Part shown: one piece after another, positions 1 to 12,783 of the stretch
Position numbering within the stretch: position 1 is the stretch's first letter
How the letters are laid out: each line of letters begins with the position of its first letter
Origin: Sarea resinae
Taxonomy: Eukaryota
NCBI GenBank assembly: GCA_026026165.1
Contig: JAPEUD010000009.1
Span: forward strand, 496,001-529,390
DNA length: 33,390 nt
Direction of reading: 5' to 3'
Made by a program: the position numbers and the translations under genes
Notes under the pieces: generated by a model
Seen by the model: the letters and a program-made list of their open reading frames with translations, nothing else
Told to the model about the DNA's origin: nothing
Databases searched by the model: none

Positions 1-179
1 TGCCTTCGTGTGTTGGAGTAGAATACTCTACCGCTACTTTGGGTTGTAGGATCCCTATGCCATATCTTGATAGTGGAGTGCGGTAAGAGAGGGGTCGTCA
101 ACACGCGCAGGTTTAGAGAGGTAGGCAGACGAACACGGGCGAGTACGCTGTCTGTACGAAGCTACTAATTCTGTCCAGG

Positions 180-310
180 GTACCTTATCTGCCTAGGTAC
201 CTAGGTACCTAAGGTAAGGTAAGGTCGAGTATGGATCTTACCTTATCGATTCACAGGGCGAGGTCCCACCCGCGGGCCTAGGTGGGTGGGCGTACCCGCG
301 ATAAGGAGAC
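180..310. promoter_or_regulatory. Putative GATA (HGATAR) sites and palindromes upstream of urg1
   Basis: CTTATC at 184-189 and 242-247, GATAAG at 300-305, and a perfect 18-bp palindrome TAGGTACCTAGGTACCTA at 194-211. A regulatory function is inferred only. Confidence 0.3.
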
Positions 311-841
311 CCCAACCAAACGCCGGTTGTTACGGAAGCCTAAGGTACCTACCTATGATCCATACTCAGGGATTATGCAGATAGAACGTAGCGGGCATGC
401 CCGTCAAGGTAACTTCAAGCTCAAAGGAGGCAGCTGAGCCTGCTACAAAGCAGCGGGAGGCAGACGGTAATTACCTGAGGTACCTGGCCTTACTTGCCAA
501 GTAAGGTACCAAGGGGGGGTACGAATAAATAGAATCTACGCTCTGTACCGGGCCGTATGCTCCACGATTCTTAGTCCCTGGTCTACCGACATTCATCCAC
601 GATCTCACTGATAGTCGGATTTCTCAATTGAACCTCTCCTGACCTTTAATTGTATCTGAATGCTTCTTGCTGTTTGGAAGAACAAGACACCTTTCCAGGC
701 CGAAAGTCTCCTTTCCTTCCAGCACACTGCTCTGCACCCCGCCCACCTATATCTATCTATAGCTCACGGTGTTATTGCACCTAGTCTCTTGCCTTCCCCT
801 TCGACAATTACGAGAAGTCATCTTGAAACCCTTTGCTGCTC

Positions 842-3030
842 ATGGCTGTCCCGAACGGTCATTCTGCCGCTGACGATGGCGCGCTGCTGGGCGAGATCCT
901 CGCAAGCTTAAAAGAACTGAAGCAAGATAATATACAGCTGTCTGCAGCCGTTGATACCATCAATGGCCGAGTAAATATGCTTGCTGGCGTCAAGCAGGTC
1001 CAAGATCTTGGCGCAAGCACCGCATCAGTCGCCGCCCAGCCGCCAACTAAAACCGCGAAAGTGTCTTCGGAGATGTTAGGTTCTTCTACACTTACGGAAA
1101 CACCTTCTGGTGAACAGTCTTCGCCATCGCGCTCTGGACAGAAGTCAAGCACGACATCCAGGATTATTTTGACAACCTACCCCGGCCAGGCGGGCATCGA
1201 TCCAATCATAATGAATTGGGGCCATGCGGACTTTGCACAGAGAGGTCCCGTAGTTGTGTCCAGAAGTCAAAATACGGTGAGACGACGTAATGGTATGTCA
1301 AAGTTTTGAGAATATGTCCGTCGAAAATGGAATTGCTCGATCGAGGCGGCTAATTGGGGGGAGGGTTTTAGCAATTGGAGCCCACGGTGGTTCTTATTCA
1401 ATTTATCATGCGCTTGCGGTTGCCAGCAACAATCTGAACGTCGACCACAGACCAGACTTCACCAATACGGAACCGGCAGCGAATATAGGTCCGTTTCCGC
1501 AGTGGGCTGATGCCAAAAAGATTGTGTCCATGGATCCGTTAGGCCACCTTTCTCCTTGGCTATTCAAAGACACTATAACGAAAGAGAATGTTGACATCAG
1601 GCCTACTATTGCCATAACTAAAGCTCATATGAAGCTTCCGGAGCTCGAACAAAGCGTCAGGTCGGGCCGTCTTGTCCCTGATGGGAAGATTTGCATGAAC
1701 GAGACCGGAGAGCTGGCAGTCACCAAGTTTGCAGTAGAGCCTGTTTGGTATCTACCTGGAGTTGCTGAAAGATTTGGCATAGGTCAGAACAGGCTTCCAT
1801 ATGCCCAGCATATACAATCCTGAAGCGTCTAGACTAACCACTGTCAATTAATCCGCAGAGGAGGGCGCCCTTCGAAGGTCTTTATTTGAAAATACGGGCG
1901 GTTCATATCCTGAGCTGATCACTCGTGGTGATATCAAACTCTTTCTTCCGCCGATTGGAGGCATGACTGTCTACTGCTTCGGAGACCCTGCTAAAATGTC
2001 AGACCCAAGTGTGCGGCTCGCTCTACGTGTTCACGATGAATGCAATGGGAGCGATGTCTTCGGTTCCGATATCTGCACTTGCCGACCTTACCTGATCTTT
2101 GGTGTTGAGGAGGCAGTTAAGGAGGCTCAAAAAGGGGGCAGTGGTGTGGTCATATACTTCCGCAAAGAAGGCCGAGCTCTGGGCGAAGTCACAAAGTATC
2201 TTGTCTACAATGCACGTAAGTTGGCAGTGTCATTGCATGAAGTCTTGATTGCGATATCTAATGATTTCTACAGGCAAGCGTGGCTCAGACAGTAAGATAC
2301 ATTCCTCATATTGTCACTCTTAGTCTAACTTACTTTTAATCAGAGGCCAGCGAATACTTCAAGCGCACTGAGAACATTGCCGGAGTAAAGGTGCGTCTAT
2401 CGAGTCTCTCACGTTCTTAATTTGAGGCAAGTTTTGAGCTAATCACCCCGTGTAGGACATGCGCTTTCAAGCTCTCATGCCTGATGTACGTATTTCCGCT
2501 CGTGCTCGTTCATAGGAAGCTGGAAGGTCTAATTTCCGCTCGTAGATACTGCATTGGCTAGGTATCAAAAAGATCGACCGCATGCTAAGCATGTCAAAGT
2601 GAGTACACCATATGACTGTACCTCATATATTGCAAAGCTTGGCCTATGCTGTAGCCAGACATCTCTGACTGCAGTATTAGCATGAAATACGATGCCATCG
2701 TGGAACAAGGCATACCCATTCATGAGAGGGTCCCAATCCCTGACGAACTTATACCAGAGGACAGCAGAGTCGAGATTGATGCGAAAATCCACGCAGGATA
2801 CTGTAAGGACGCATTGCCTCGAGACCCATTATCCGGTAGCCTACATGTATAAGAAGGCCTGCTAATGATGCATGTTTTAGTTACAAACGGTAAAGTTATG
2901 GATATACTAGAACTAGAAAAGGTTCAGGGTCGCGCTTGGGATGATGTCGATGTATGTACCACCTCCGATGGATATCTTCAGAGTGAAGAAAGCGCCGTTA
3001 CTAACAAGCACTTATTCCCATTAGCACTGA
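842..3030 (+). CDS. urg1: GTP cyclohydrolase II-like uracil-regulated protein (Urg1/Urc1 family), 10 exons
   Basis: The spliced translation contains RRRNAIGAHGGSYSIYHALA, RVHDECNGSDVFGSDICTCRPYL, YFRKEGRALGEVTKYLVYNARKRG and DMRFQALMPDILHWLGIKKID, ending GRAWDDVDH*. Inferred GT-AG introns: 1293-1371, 1783-1858, 2216-2273, 2292-2343, 2391-2455, 2486-2545, 2599-2680, 2803-2880, 2952-3024. Confidence 0.93.
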
Positions 3031-4543
3031 GATTCGATCAGTACGGGTATCAGCGCTACCTTCTTTGCCACCAAGATACTAAGGTAAATGATACAGTCAG
3101 TAGTGCTTCAGTCTTCCCATAAGCGCTTGCGTCTCGTGATCTAGTATGGCATCTTTGTTTCAGTACTCTCAACCTCGAGCATGCTGTCTTATTAGCGACT
3201 GGTCTATGTCACTTGAAAGAGCATTCAGTTACGCTTCTATCTGTATCGACGAAGATCGGTCAAATGCAACAATGGGGCGATCTGCGAGCCGATTGAGGTA
3301 GATTGATTTGCCGTGACTGTGTGGAAGTTCACGGTCGGACGATGTGAATGTCGGGTGTCTTCCTCCCCATCTGTCAAATGCCGATCAGATGGACTTTCCG
3401 TAGGAGTAAAAGGGACATGGACATTTTCGGGGTTTGTGGGGAAGTCTGTGCGCGTAGAATGTCCCGATTTAGGAGCCTGAAGGCCATACGTGAGGTCTTG
3501 GCATCCTAAATTTGCGTAAGCTCCGATCCGCAAGCTACTAGGTACCTAAGTACTCCGGAGTCGTCGAATGGAGCATTTGACACTGTAACCCAGCTCCTAC
3601 TCACGAGGTTCGTACCTATTATTACTCCGGAGTACCCCTCATACCTTACCTGATGATCTTCGCGTACCACTTGAACGTGTTCACCGATGCGTTGTGGTCG
3701 TCCACCATTGGTGACAGCTAACTTCTCGGTACTCAAACCTTTCCCTTGGACCACTTAGTCAGAAGGAATAGGCATCTGCCACGCGACCAGAATTGAGCCT
3801 AGGACAGAAAGCCGGTCTAAAAGGTTCCTGGGGCGAGTTCACTGGCAAATAAACACAGAAGTGTACAATCGTATTAGCTTGATTGTTGGCTTCCATGTCC
3901 CTCGGAAAGCTAGAGGGAAAGCGATCTCAACATACGTACTACACTCCCTATCTCAATGAATATCTCCCCCCGACCATCCAATACGTTTTGAGCGCACCCC
4001 AGAAGAAAACGCCAGCAACGAAGACATGTGCACCCGAAAGTCCAGGCATCCTTGATCTGACGGGATGGAGCAGACTATGGGTCGGATCGGTTCGGGGATG
4101 CTAAGTAGGGGCTGTGTTGGCAGACTGAAGTACTACTGCGCAGTAGGTAGACGTGCCCCCTCATTCAGTGCTGCGGCACGCTCAGTATACGAAGCTACGA
4201 CTTGCAGTAGTTCGGACTTTACCCACCCAGAGTATATGCGACTCGGGAATGCTGGTGGAGGCCAGAGGTGGGAAAGAATTACTAGAGTATCGGCCAAGCC
4301 TCCGCCATCAGAGACAGCCGTTCGGGCGATGCAAGGATACCTTACCTTAGCTGTACGCACGGCGTAGCGGGATGGGTGTCATTGTCGTTCTGCGAGAGCG
4401 TGACCAGCCCAAGGCATATTTTATATTTCTTCCACCTCTAGACCTAGCATTGGTCTGTTCCAATACATGGTGTATATGGGACTGAATGCTCAAGCATTGC
4501 TATCAAAAGACTCTCAAATGACTACACTCGTCCGCTGCGCATA

Positions 4544-5032
4544 ATGGGCAGTAGCAAAATGCATATATCGCTTCCAGCACCACCAAAAACGTCCACAAGG
4601 ATGTCGATGGGGAGCAGGTCTCCGTTGACGCCATCGACTGTCATCCCTCCGTCCTTGAGTGCGCAAGTATCATCAGCATCACGAAGGGAAATAGACCGCT
4701 GCGGATCACCGAAGGCCACGGCTTTGCTTGCACGAGTAGCGTCAAGTCCTCCATCACCCAAGGCGCACACACCAGCCACCAGCCCATTGCCTTCGCCATC
4801 TATACGACCACACCTGGTTCGTAACTCGGCGTCGTCACCAGGTGGGGCTGTAATCCCCCGGTCGAAACCGGAACTACACCAAATGCGATCTGATTATGGA
4901 CGTCAAGGTGTGTATGCTGCTCTGAGTAACGTAGACCAGCTCTGACATACAACCGGAGCAGACGGATATATAAGCTTCCCGGACTTCGACAGATTTCAAG
5001 ACACCGATGAGACGACAGGTCAGACCAAATGA
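4544..5032 (+). CDS. Small Ser/Pro-rich hypothetical protein, 2 exons
   Basis: ORF from ATG 4544 (alternative ATGs at 4559/4601). A GT-AG intron at 4908-4961 with CTGAC branch point gives the C-terminus RQDGYISFPDFDRFQDTDETTGQTK*. No recognisable domain. Confidence 0.65.
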
Positions 5033-5885
5033 TGAAATACCAGATCTTCTCAGGCCAATTCAACCCACCGACAACCAACAAAACGCTGCCCCAGTCAGGA
5101 GCAATAACTGAATCGTACGATTGAAAACCCATCAAATGATATCGACATACACAAAGTATCGGACCGAAACCACGGCTAGCTATTTGATCCTGGAAGCCAA
5201 GGACAAGGAGTCACAGACGGGTACAGACAAGAGGTTGGCACAAGGCGTCCGAGGTGTCATGCCACGAGATGTCGATGTAGATGAATATGCTGCCGAAGAA
5301 CGCCATATCTCTTGCTTTTTAGGGTTTATATTGGAGCGAACGATCAGGGCGCGGATCAAACTTTCAGCAATGATGAGGGACAGTCAAGAAAAACGTCGAT
5401 AATGAATACGGCGTAAGACAAGTAGGGCCAGACGGAACGAATAATTATCAGTACCTAGAGTAATACAATTTTTACAACTCCATACCATCGAGACCAGAAC
5501 TGAGCTGAACATTGAACACGAGAAAGGGGAGAGAGTCGCAGATTCAAGTAGGAGCAACCATTAGTTGTGTGAAAATGATAGTACACTTACCTAGGATTCT
5601 ATATGACCTACCTATTTCGGTAGTCAGGGCAAGAGAGCACAATGAAAGAAGAAGCTCGCTTAGCATTCCACGTGACCCACAACTGAGCAGTCCCGAGACC
5701 TATTCGAGACGCCAAGAATGCCAAGCCCACAAATTGGCACGGAAGTTTTGTGAGATCTCGCCTAGCAAAGAACGATAGAACCGATCGACCAACCCATCCG
5801 ACGACAACACCCAACGCCCAATTCAACACCCATAGGTCCGCGACAAATCGTGTCTTGCTTTCGACAATAGACACACGTCGCAATT

Positions 5886-6973
5886 ATGGCTGTCGGAAAG
5901 TAAGTCACTTTCGTCGTTTGGCTCTGGCAAACGGAAGGGCGGGGTGTCTTTCAAGCCTAAGGATCGCAGCTGATCTAAGGACCGCAGGAATAAGCGCCTC
6001 TCGAAGGGCAAGAAAGGCCTCAAGAAGAGAACTCAGGATCCATTCGCAAGGAAGGACTGGTTCTCAGTCAAGGTATTATGCACATCCTATCTACCGCCAT
6101 CAGACATTAGTAGTTGACGTTCGTTAGGCTCCTTCCACGTTCGCTATCCGAGAGTAAGATATCCTTCATCACCATGCCTTTCAGCATACTTAACAATATC
6201 AGTGTCGGGAAAACTCTTGTCAACCGCACAACCGGTCTCAAGAACGCAAACGACGCTTTGAAGGGTCGGATATTCGAGGTGTCTTTGGCGGATCTCCAAA
6301 AGGACGAGGATCACGCCTTCCGGAAAGTCAAGCTTAGGGTGGATGAGGTGCAGGGAAAGAATTGCCTGACGAACTTCCACGGTCTCGACTTCACCTCCGA
6401 CAAGCTTCGGTCTCTGGTTCGGAAATGGCAATCCCTTATCGAGGCCAACGTCACGGTCAAGACCACCGACGACTACCTTCTGCGCCTCTTCGCCATCGCT
6501 TTCACCAAGAGACGACCAAACCAGATCAAGAAGACTACATACGCTGCCTCCTCGCAGATTCGGGCCATTCGCAAGAAGATGACCGAGATCATCACACGGG
6601 AAGCCTCAAGCTGTACACTTTCTCAGTTGACAACCAAGCTGATCCCCGAGGTCATCGGACGTGAGATTGAGAAGGCAACGCAAGGAATCTACCCTCTACA
6701 GAACGTATGTGCCGCCGGCTCGTTATATTCAATGCTCTACACAATCAAGAGATCGGGAGCTAAAATCGTTTAGGTGCATATCCGGAAGGTCAAGCTTCTG
6801 AAGTCTCCCAAGTTCGACTTGGGTGCTCTTCTTAACCTGCATGGCGAATCGACTACGGACGAGCAAGGGCAGAAGGTCAGTCTATTTCACTTGCGATATC
6901 CGTTTTTGAACACTGTTTAACAATCTGGCAGGTTGAGCGGGAATTCAAGGAGACGGTTCTTGAGAGCGTCTAG
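5886..6973 (+). CDS. RPS1: 40S ribosomal protein S1 (eS1/S3Ae), 6 exons
   Basis: [38 protein letters not shown]...VGKTLVNRT...[23 protein letters not shown]...[13 protein letters not shown]. Introns 5900-5987, 6073-6127, 6154-6202, 6705-6773, 6876-6931. Confidence 0.98.
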
Positions 6974-7287
6974 GCGGGGACTGATGATGGAGGAAACTTT
7001 CTATGGTTGGAGGCTAGTTTGTCTTGACTCTTCATGATTCTTAGAACGCTTCAGAAGAATGCGATCATGTCACGATAGTCAAAGATGAACTTTGCAAAAA
7101 CTGATTGGGATCTCACTTCTTCCGTGATCGGCATCACATGACAGAGTCACTCTGCGACGTCACCCTGTTGTTTTCTAACTCCCATATCATGTCACTTTCT
7201 GCTTCGCCCCAACTATCTACATCTCAAATCGGCGCCCGCATCGAAAGTCCAGACCACAGATCCAACTTCAAATACCACTCGCTCTAG

Positions 7288-8128
7288 ATGGCCTCAGACG
7301 AATCTTTGCCAACGCTTAAAATACTGTTAATAGGGTCTTCCGGAGCTGGCAAGAGCGCGCGTCCGTTCCCCAAATACAAACCTCACAACGAGGCATTCTA
7401 ACGCTTACCCACACGAACGCGCAGTCCTGATTAGATACTGCGACGACTTCTTTGAGACCGAATCCTCTACTGCCACTATCGGTGTGGATTTCAAGGCAAT
7501 TTTATCCCTTGAAGCTATCTGGTTTCGCGCTCTGTGCGCTAATGTAGAAACAGTCGAAGAAGCTCTCTGTACACGGAACTCCATACAGGGTGAACCTTCT
7601 AGACACTGCTGGCCAAGGCAAGTTTAATGCTGCATCCTGTCGGCACGCGGCTTACAAGGTTACAGAACGGTTCCGGACATTATCCCATAGCTACTATCGC
7701 GGCGCACATGGCGTCATAATCGTCTACGATATCTCTAGCCGCGAAAGTTTTCGATCATTAGACCGTTGGTATGAGGAGGCTGAGAGCAACGCCATGCCTG
7801 GTGTGAAGATATACCTGGTCAGTCAGCGCTCTGTAAATCGATCGTTGTCAAACCCTCAACATAACAATTGTCACCGCAGGTCGGAAGTAACTTAGACATG
7901 GGCGCCTCGAGAGCAGTAGATACGGACGAAGCTAAGGCCCTGGCAGAGAGGCATGGGTCGTCTCATTGTGAAGTTAGCTCTAAGACTCGCGAGAACGTTA
8001 GGAAACCTTTTGTCGAGCTTATAGATCAAATTGTCAGCAGTCCAGAGCTGGTGAACGCTAGTCCTGCGAGGAGAGGCATACTTTTGAAGGGAGATCAGGA
8101 TTCAAGAGCGGGCTATTGTGTATGTTAA
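7288..8128 (+). CDS. Rab-family small GTPase, Rab18-like, 5 exons
   Basis: KILLIGSSGAGKS (G1), TIGVDFK (G2), DTAGQERFRTLSHSYYRGAHG (G3), VGSNLD (G4 region), EVSSK (G5) and a C-terminal CVC prenylation motif. Introns 7361-7424 (GT), 7496-7553 (GC), 7618-7665 (GC), 7818-7879 (GT). Confidence 0.9.
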
Positions 8129-9690
8129 TTGCCCAAGGGTTTTAGTTTATACACTCTTATACAGTATATTAGGAGAATAGTTATTCAGCCACTGCAGTGT
8201 AGCATAAGTCTCTATAGTCGAATTGCTATTTTTGACCTCGGTCCGCAGTAGGGCAGCCTTTTCAAGAACAGCTGACTTGATGCTAAGAAGCTGGCGCTCC
8301 TTTCAGGCGCTGGTCGAACGCTTCTCCGAGATCACTCAGAGGCTGGACGACCCCCTTCGACACCCTCTATAAATCGGCCCTCGCGTCACTGCCACCCCGC
8401 GTATACCACTTGGGAAATGTCGCCTGCGGGTGCCATCCAAGCAGGAAAATCATGCGAACCTACTTGAATCTTTAAATCTGCGGCAACTTAGAGCATTATG
8501 AAGCTGTAATGGACAATGATAACACCTGAGTATATCAATTCCGCGCGATGAACAATCTACAGCCGAATAACGTCCGCTTTCATGGTCCATTCGGTCTTTT
8601 TGCTGGTCAAGGGTTAATGAGTCCTTACGGCCCACAGGGACATATCAACTGCCTAAAGCGCATTCATAGGCTCCCCTTTGGCTGTGCATTGGACAAAGTC
8701 AATCGTGGGCCGATTAATGGCGGAATCATGGAAACATTTGTATCTACCTCATATCAAAACAAAAGCCAGCAAAGGGATACATCATCATCGCTGGCGGGCC
8801 CCTTGACGACGTACTGCTCAGATTCGTCCACATCATCGATGGCCATCCCGGATGTTGGGGCCGATCTCAGTTCTTTGAGGTCCTAGAGCCTGTATGGGAC
8901 GATACGTGCGGCCGTTCCCCCGGTTATCTTTGAGCCTGGTCGTTGCACTAATGAGAATGCGAGCAGCTGTATTTTGCGAGGTGACCCTCGAGAAGAAGAG
9001 AACACGAGTTGATATGATATTCAAGAAAGCGCAGTGGCGAAGGTTTCTCTTATCGCTCTCACCGATGCGTTGAATGGCTTGTCTACCTTATCGAACAAAC
9101 GGCATTTAAATCCCTGGTCGAATTGAGATGCGTCGAGTGCAAAGGCACTCGACATACTCGGCGGCAAGGATATATCCATGTTGAGAACGTAAATAGCGAC
9201 CGCCTCTCTCCGAAAAAGTCTGTCACACAATCAATAAGACCTCTTTACAATCAGAGCTTTATTTAGTGGAAAAGATATAGGTTCTATAGAGACTTAGCTA
9301 ACTCTACCGTAGGTACTACCACAGTGAGATACCTCCCTACCTAGTATTGAAGAAGGAAAGCTGCTTGAATAGCCGCCTGTCCACAAGCCATTCAGATGAT
9401 CATTATCTTCCCCTTTTAGAGACAGAAGGAGGGCGAAGAAGCAGAGCGACCTATCGTGATGGCTTAATCTAAAGGAAGATTGCTTCACGTTGATCTGAAA
9501 ATATATCTGGCGAAGACTATTTTACTGATCCCGTTTGCCTCTCTCACTCTCTCAACTATCGCCGCCTAACTCTGTCCGATATCCTCTGCATTACAGATTC
9601 ATAATCACCCTCGACATTGAGAAGTCTGAATATGGAGAGCTTGGCTTTAGAGGGAAACTTGATATGATTCTATCGAGTAGTGGTTCATAC

Positions 9691-10267
9691 CTAGCCGACC
9701 TTGAAAATCCTATAGCACAGCTCAATGTCGCGATTCTCGAGGACAGAAACCTTCCCCATCGCAAGGAATACCGTGTCATTGACCCAGGCGAGCTTCTCGG
9801 ACTTGCTAGAGACACGGGGCGTGGTGTAGAAATAGGGTTGGCCAAACTCGGTCTCTTTACCAGGAGTGCTCTTGAAGACTTCCATCATTTCTGGCGAAAT
9901 CGTGATCTTGCCGAGGTATTGAAAGTCGAGGTTTAGGCCGTTGCTGCTGTCGCCTACAAAGGACAAGCGTGCGTCGATGCTTTGTGTGGCTGAATCTGGC
10001 TTTGCTAGCATGTAGTCCGCTCCACCCGCGCACTGAAGTGTGATAGATCCATCGGCCGAGGTTACAGTGCCCTTATTCACTAGTATCGTAAGCTATTTAA
10101 ATTTAAACAATGAAGGGTGGCTATAATTTCCCAAGTAGTGCTGGTCAGGGCGGGGAAGAAATACCGTTGACAACGGTCAGATTTGTATGAGGGTTTGGGG
10201 ACGCATCCATCCCCGGTGGCACAACGACCTTGATTGTGAAAGTGTGCGTCAATTTTGGGGTCGCCAT
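9691..10267 (-). CDS. DUF3237 (UPF0311) family protein, 2 exons
   Basis: MATPKLTHTFTIKV...; intron 10080-10164; GGADYM and YFYTTPRVSSKSEKLAWVNDTVFLAMG resemble the DUF3237 consensus as recalled. Confidence 0.8.
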
Positions 10268-11306
10268 GGTCGAGACTGCGGTGTGGTTTGATTGTTGACG
10301 ATAGCGATAGCGGGGTAGATGATATATTTAAGATCCTCTTCTGATTTAGGACCATGAAAAGTAACCCAGAGTATTTTGGCGCTTTTACTCGGATCCCTCT
10401 TGCTAACAGGCTATTAAATGAATCTATACTTGAATTAGATAGACTTGTGATTTGGTCACTAGCAATTAGGAGATAGAAGACTTTGATCTAAAATAACTGT
10501 ATCAATATCTAATCAAATAGCAACAATGTTATTAGCTTGAGATATACTTCTTGCCTAACCTACAAGAACTGCAATAATTTGGCCTTGGAGAAACTTGCTC
10601 CTAGGACAGGTTACAACTAATCCCGCTTACTACAAACCTATTCTAGCAGGAGCAAGTCCAGACAGAAGAAGTCTATCTCGAAGATAGCATAGGTCTTAGA
10701 AGTTGAAATAAAAAGGATTTATTTCTTTTGAAGACTCCTTAAAGCGGAAATAATTGACCTTGAGCTGGCTACTTTAGGAAGCATAATCATTTACGCCAGC
10801 ATGTTTGACGAACCGGTAGAATCGCCTTGCGTGGCACTTCCCTTTCATCGTTGGCAGCAGTATGAACGTGGTTGCACTACCGCCTAAGAGAAGGTCCCTC
10901 GGGGTCCCTTGTTGCTTTGATAATGAGACAGATCTTAGGCTCTCGATCTTGACTACGATAGAGGTGTACTACGGAGTATATACTTATTGCTGTGATTGGT
11001 GATATGGATAGCTGTCAATGTTGGCTGCCAAAGTTCTTTCATAGCCAGAAGATGATAGGCGAAGCACAGTATCTTGTTATGCTCAGATAAGTAGCCCGAA
11101 GCGCGCGCTTATTGAATGTCTCTTTGTGCTATCTGAACTAAGAGCTGGAGGGGAGTTTCGAAGAGACATTTCAGGCACCGACCATATCAGCACTTTCACA
11201 ACGTCTCTCTTTTGCCATCCCTTCCCACCTTTTATCAAAGGCTCCTCCAACTAGATTCAGTGTCTCTCGCATCGAATAAGCGAGCCACATCTCAGACCCC
11301 TACAGG

Positions 11307-12289
11307 ATGGCTCCTGACCCCGAAGAATCCTCCACTGAGTGCCAGCTCAAACAGCCAGTCGTGGTCATTACCACGGAGCATATGGAAAATTCTCGAGAGA
11401 AAGAGAATGCCTTGAACGCCGCCATAACTGACAGTGACTCGATTTCGGCCTTCAGCGATGAGTCGGTGCAAGGATATATGACCGATGAAGAGCCAAAGCT
11501 CGGCGGTGTTAGTGAGATCAAGGAAGCGGTTGATATCCTACAAGCCGCGGAGATCCCTTGCTGTCTTGTGGCTGAATCAGCACTAATCTACTATGGGGCA
11601 CATCGTATCCGACATGTAATTTAGTCACCTTTCCAATACACATAGCAGAGACTGAGCAGAGGTTCTAGGACTGGCATATCTGCGTTCCCACTGAGCACTT
11701 AGAGAAAGCAGCCGACCTCTTCCGTTCGAAACCTCAGCATTACGAGCCATTCAGACCTTCAAAGCTCACTTCTCCTAGCAGTGTCAACCATCTCTACCCG
11801 CGATTCAAATTCGTAGGACTGCGTCTTTTCTTCGTCTTGCTTCCCTCCAAAGTATGCAATCTTGAGTGCAAAGCCTCAAACATCGAGTTCAGCAAGGCGG
11901 GACTGCCTTATCCCACGCTACCAATATATGCCCAGAGTCTCCTTGATGGAAATCGCGCCGTGGAACTTGATGATCTTATTGATGGCATGAACCTCACGTT
12001 GGAATGGGGCAAGGAGCATCTCGATCTGGAGGGTTCAATCGATCTTGATTGGATATGGTGGCGGATGAAGCTCTTGCGGGTCACAGATGAGAGGGATCTG
12101 GATGAAGGGGACGATTGTCGGCCCCCTGGATTTTCAAGACCTTATCCACGACTCGGGATATGGGCGGATAGAGTCTCTCCAGAAGCCAAAAAGAACCGGC
12201 ATGGTTGGAAGTACCATCCAATTTACGAAACAAGGTTCCGGAGAGTCGGGAGCAAAGATCCGCGTCTGAAAGATAGAGAGACTTGTTAA
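11307..12289 (+). CDS. Hypothetical protein with a degenerate Pol-beta-like nucleotidyltransferase-fold signature, 2 exons
   Basis: The GT-AG intron 11616-11668 joins two ORFs in frame, giving LQAAEIPCCLVAESALIYYGAHRIRHDWHICVP...YPRFKF...LPYPTLPIYAQSLLD...LDDLIDGMNL. Coding status is well supported; the fold call is pattern-based inference. Confidence 0.75.
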
Positions 12290-12783
12290 GCTTTGCCGCT
12301 GCTTCATTCACTGTGGAGTTCCTCCTCTAGTCGTTTTCTATCCAGTATGCAGGCTCACATTGTCAAAGTGAAGCTATGGAAGAAGCCAATTCAGGACACG
12401 AACATATTTCTTCCCTGGACCTGCCCGATCATGCTCGACGAAATGCTGTGTGTAATTCTAGTATCAAGGATCAACACTAGACCTTTTCCTAACTCTAATC
12501 CTGATTCTATCGGCGATCGTACGAAAGGACCAGCAAGCAAAGGAAGCTATCGATAAGGACAGGAGTCAAAGGCGGGTGATTTCCGGGAAGAGCAATACGC
12601 AAGATCTCTGCAAATTCCCAAATTCCTCCCACGCAGCTAAATATCGCCTGCGACGTTCACCTGCTTGGTGCTTTCAGATTGATGGATGGAAACATGGCTC
12701 CCTCGAAACTCAACTCTCCCCTTTGTAACGGTCTACCATAATCTGCTGCAAGACAGATCATAATTCCTCGTCGAACACTCCAT

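Noticed and set aside
3237..4367. Short ORFs between urg1 and the Ser/Pro-rich gene
   Set aside because: Overlapping, mostly non-ATG or motif-less ORFs, consistent with chance.
5121..5883. ORFs upstream of RPS1
   Set aside because: No protein features; they overlap the expected UTR/promoter.
8450..9490. Short ORFs between Rab and DUF3237 as a gene or pseudogene
   Set aside because: No recognisable motif and no consistent splice model, although a decayed gene cannot be excluded.
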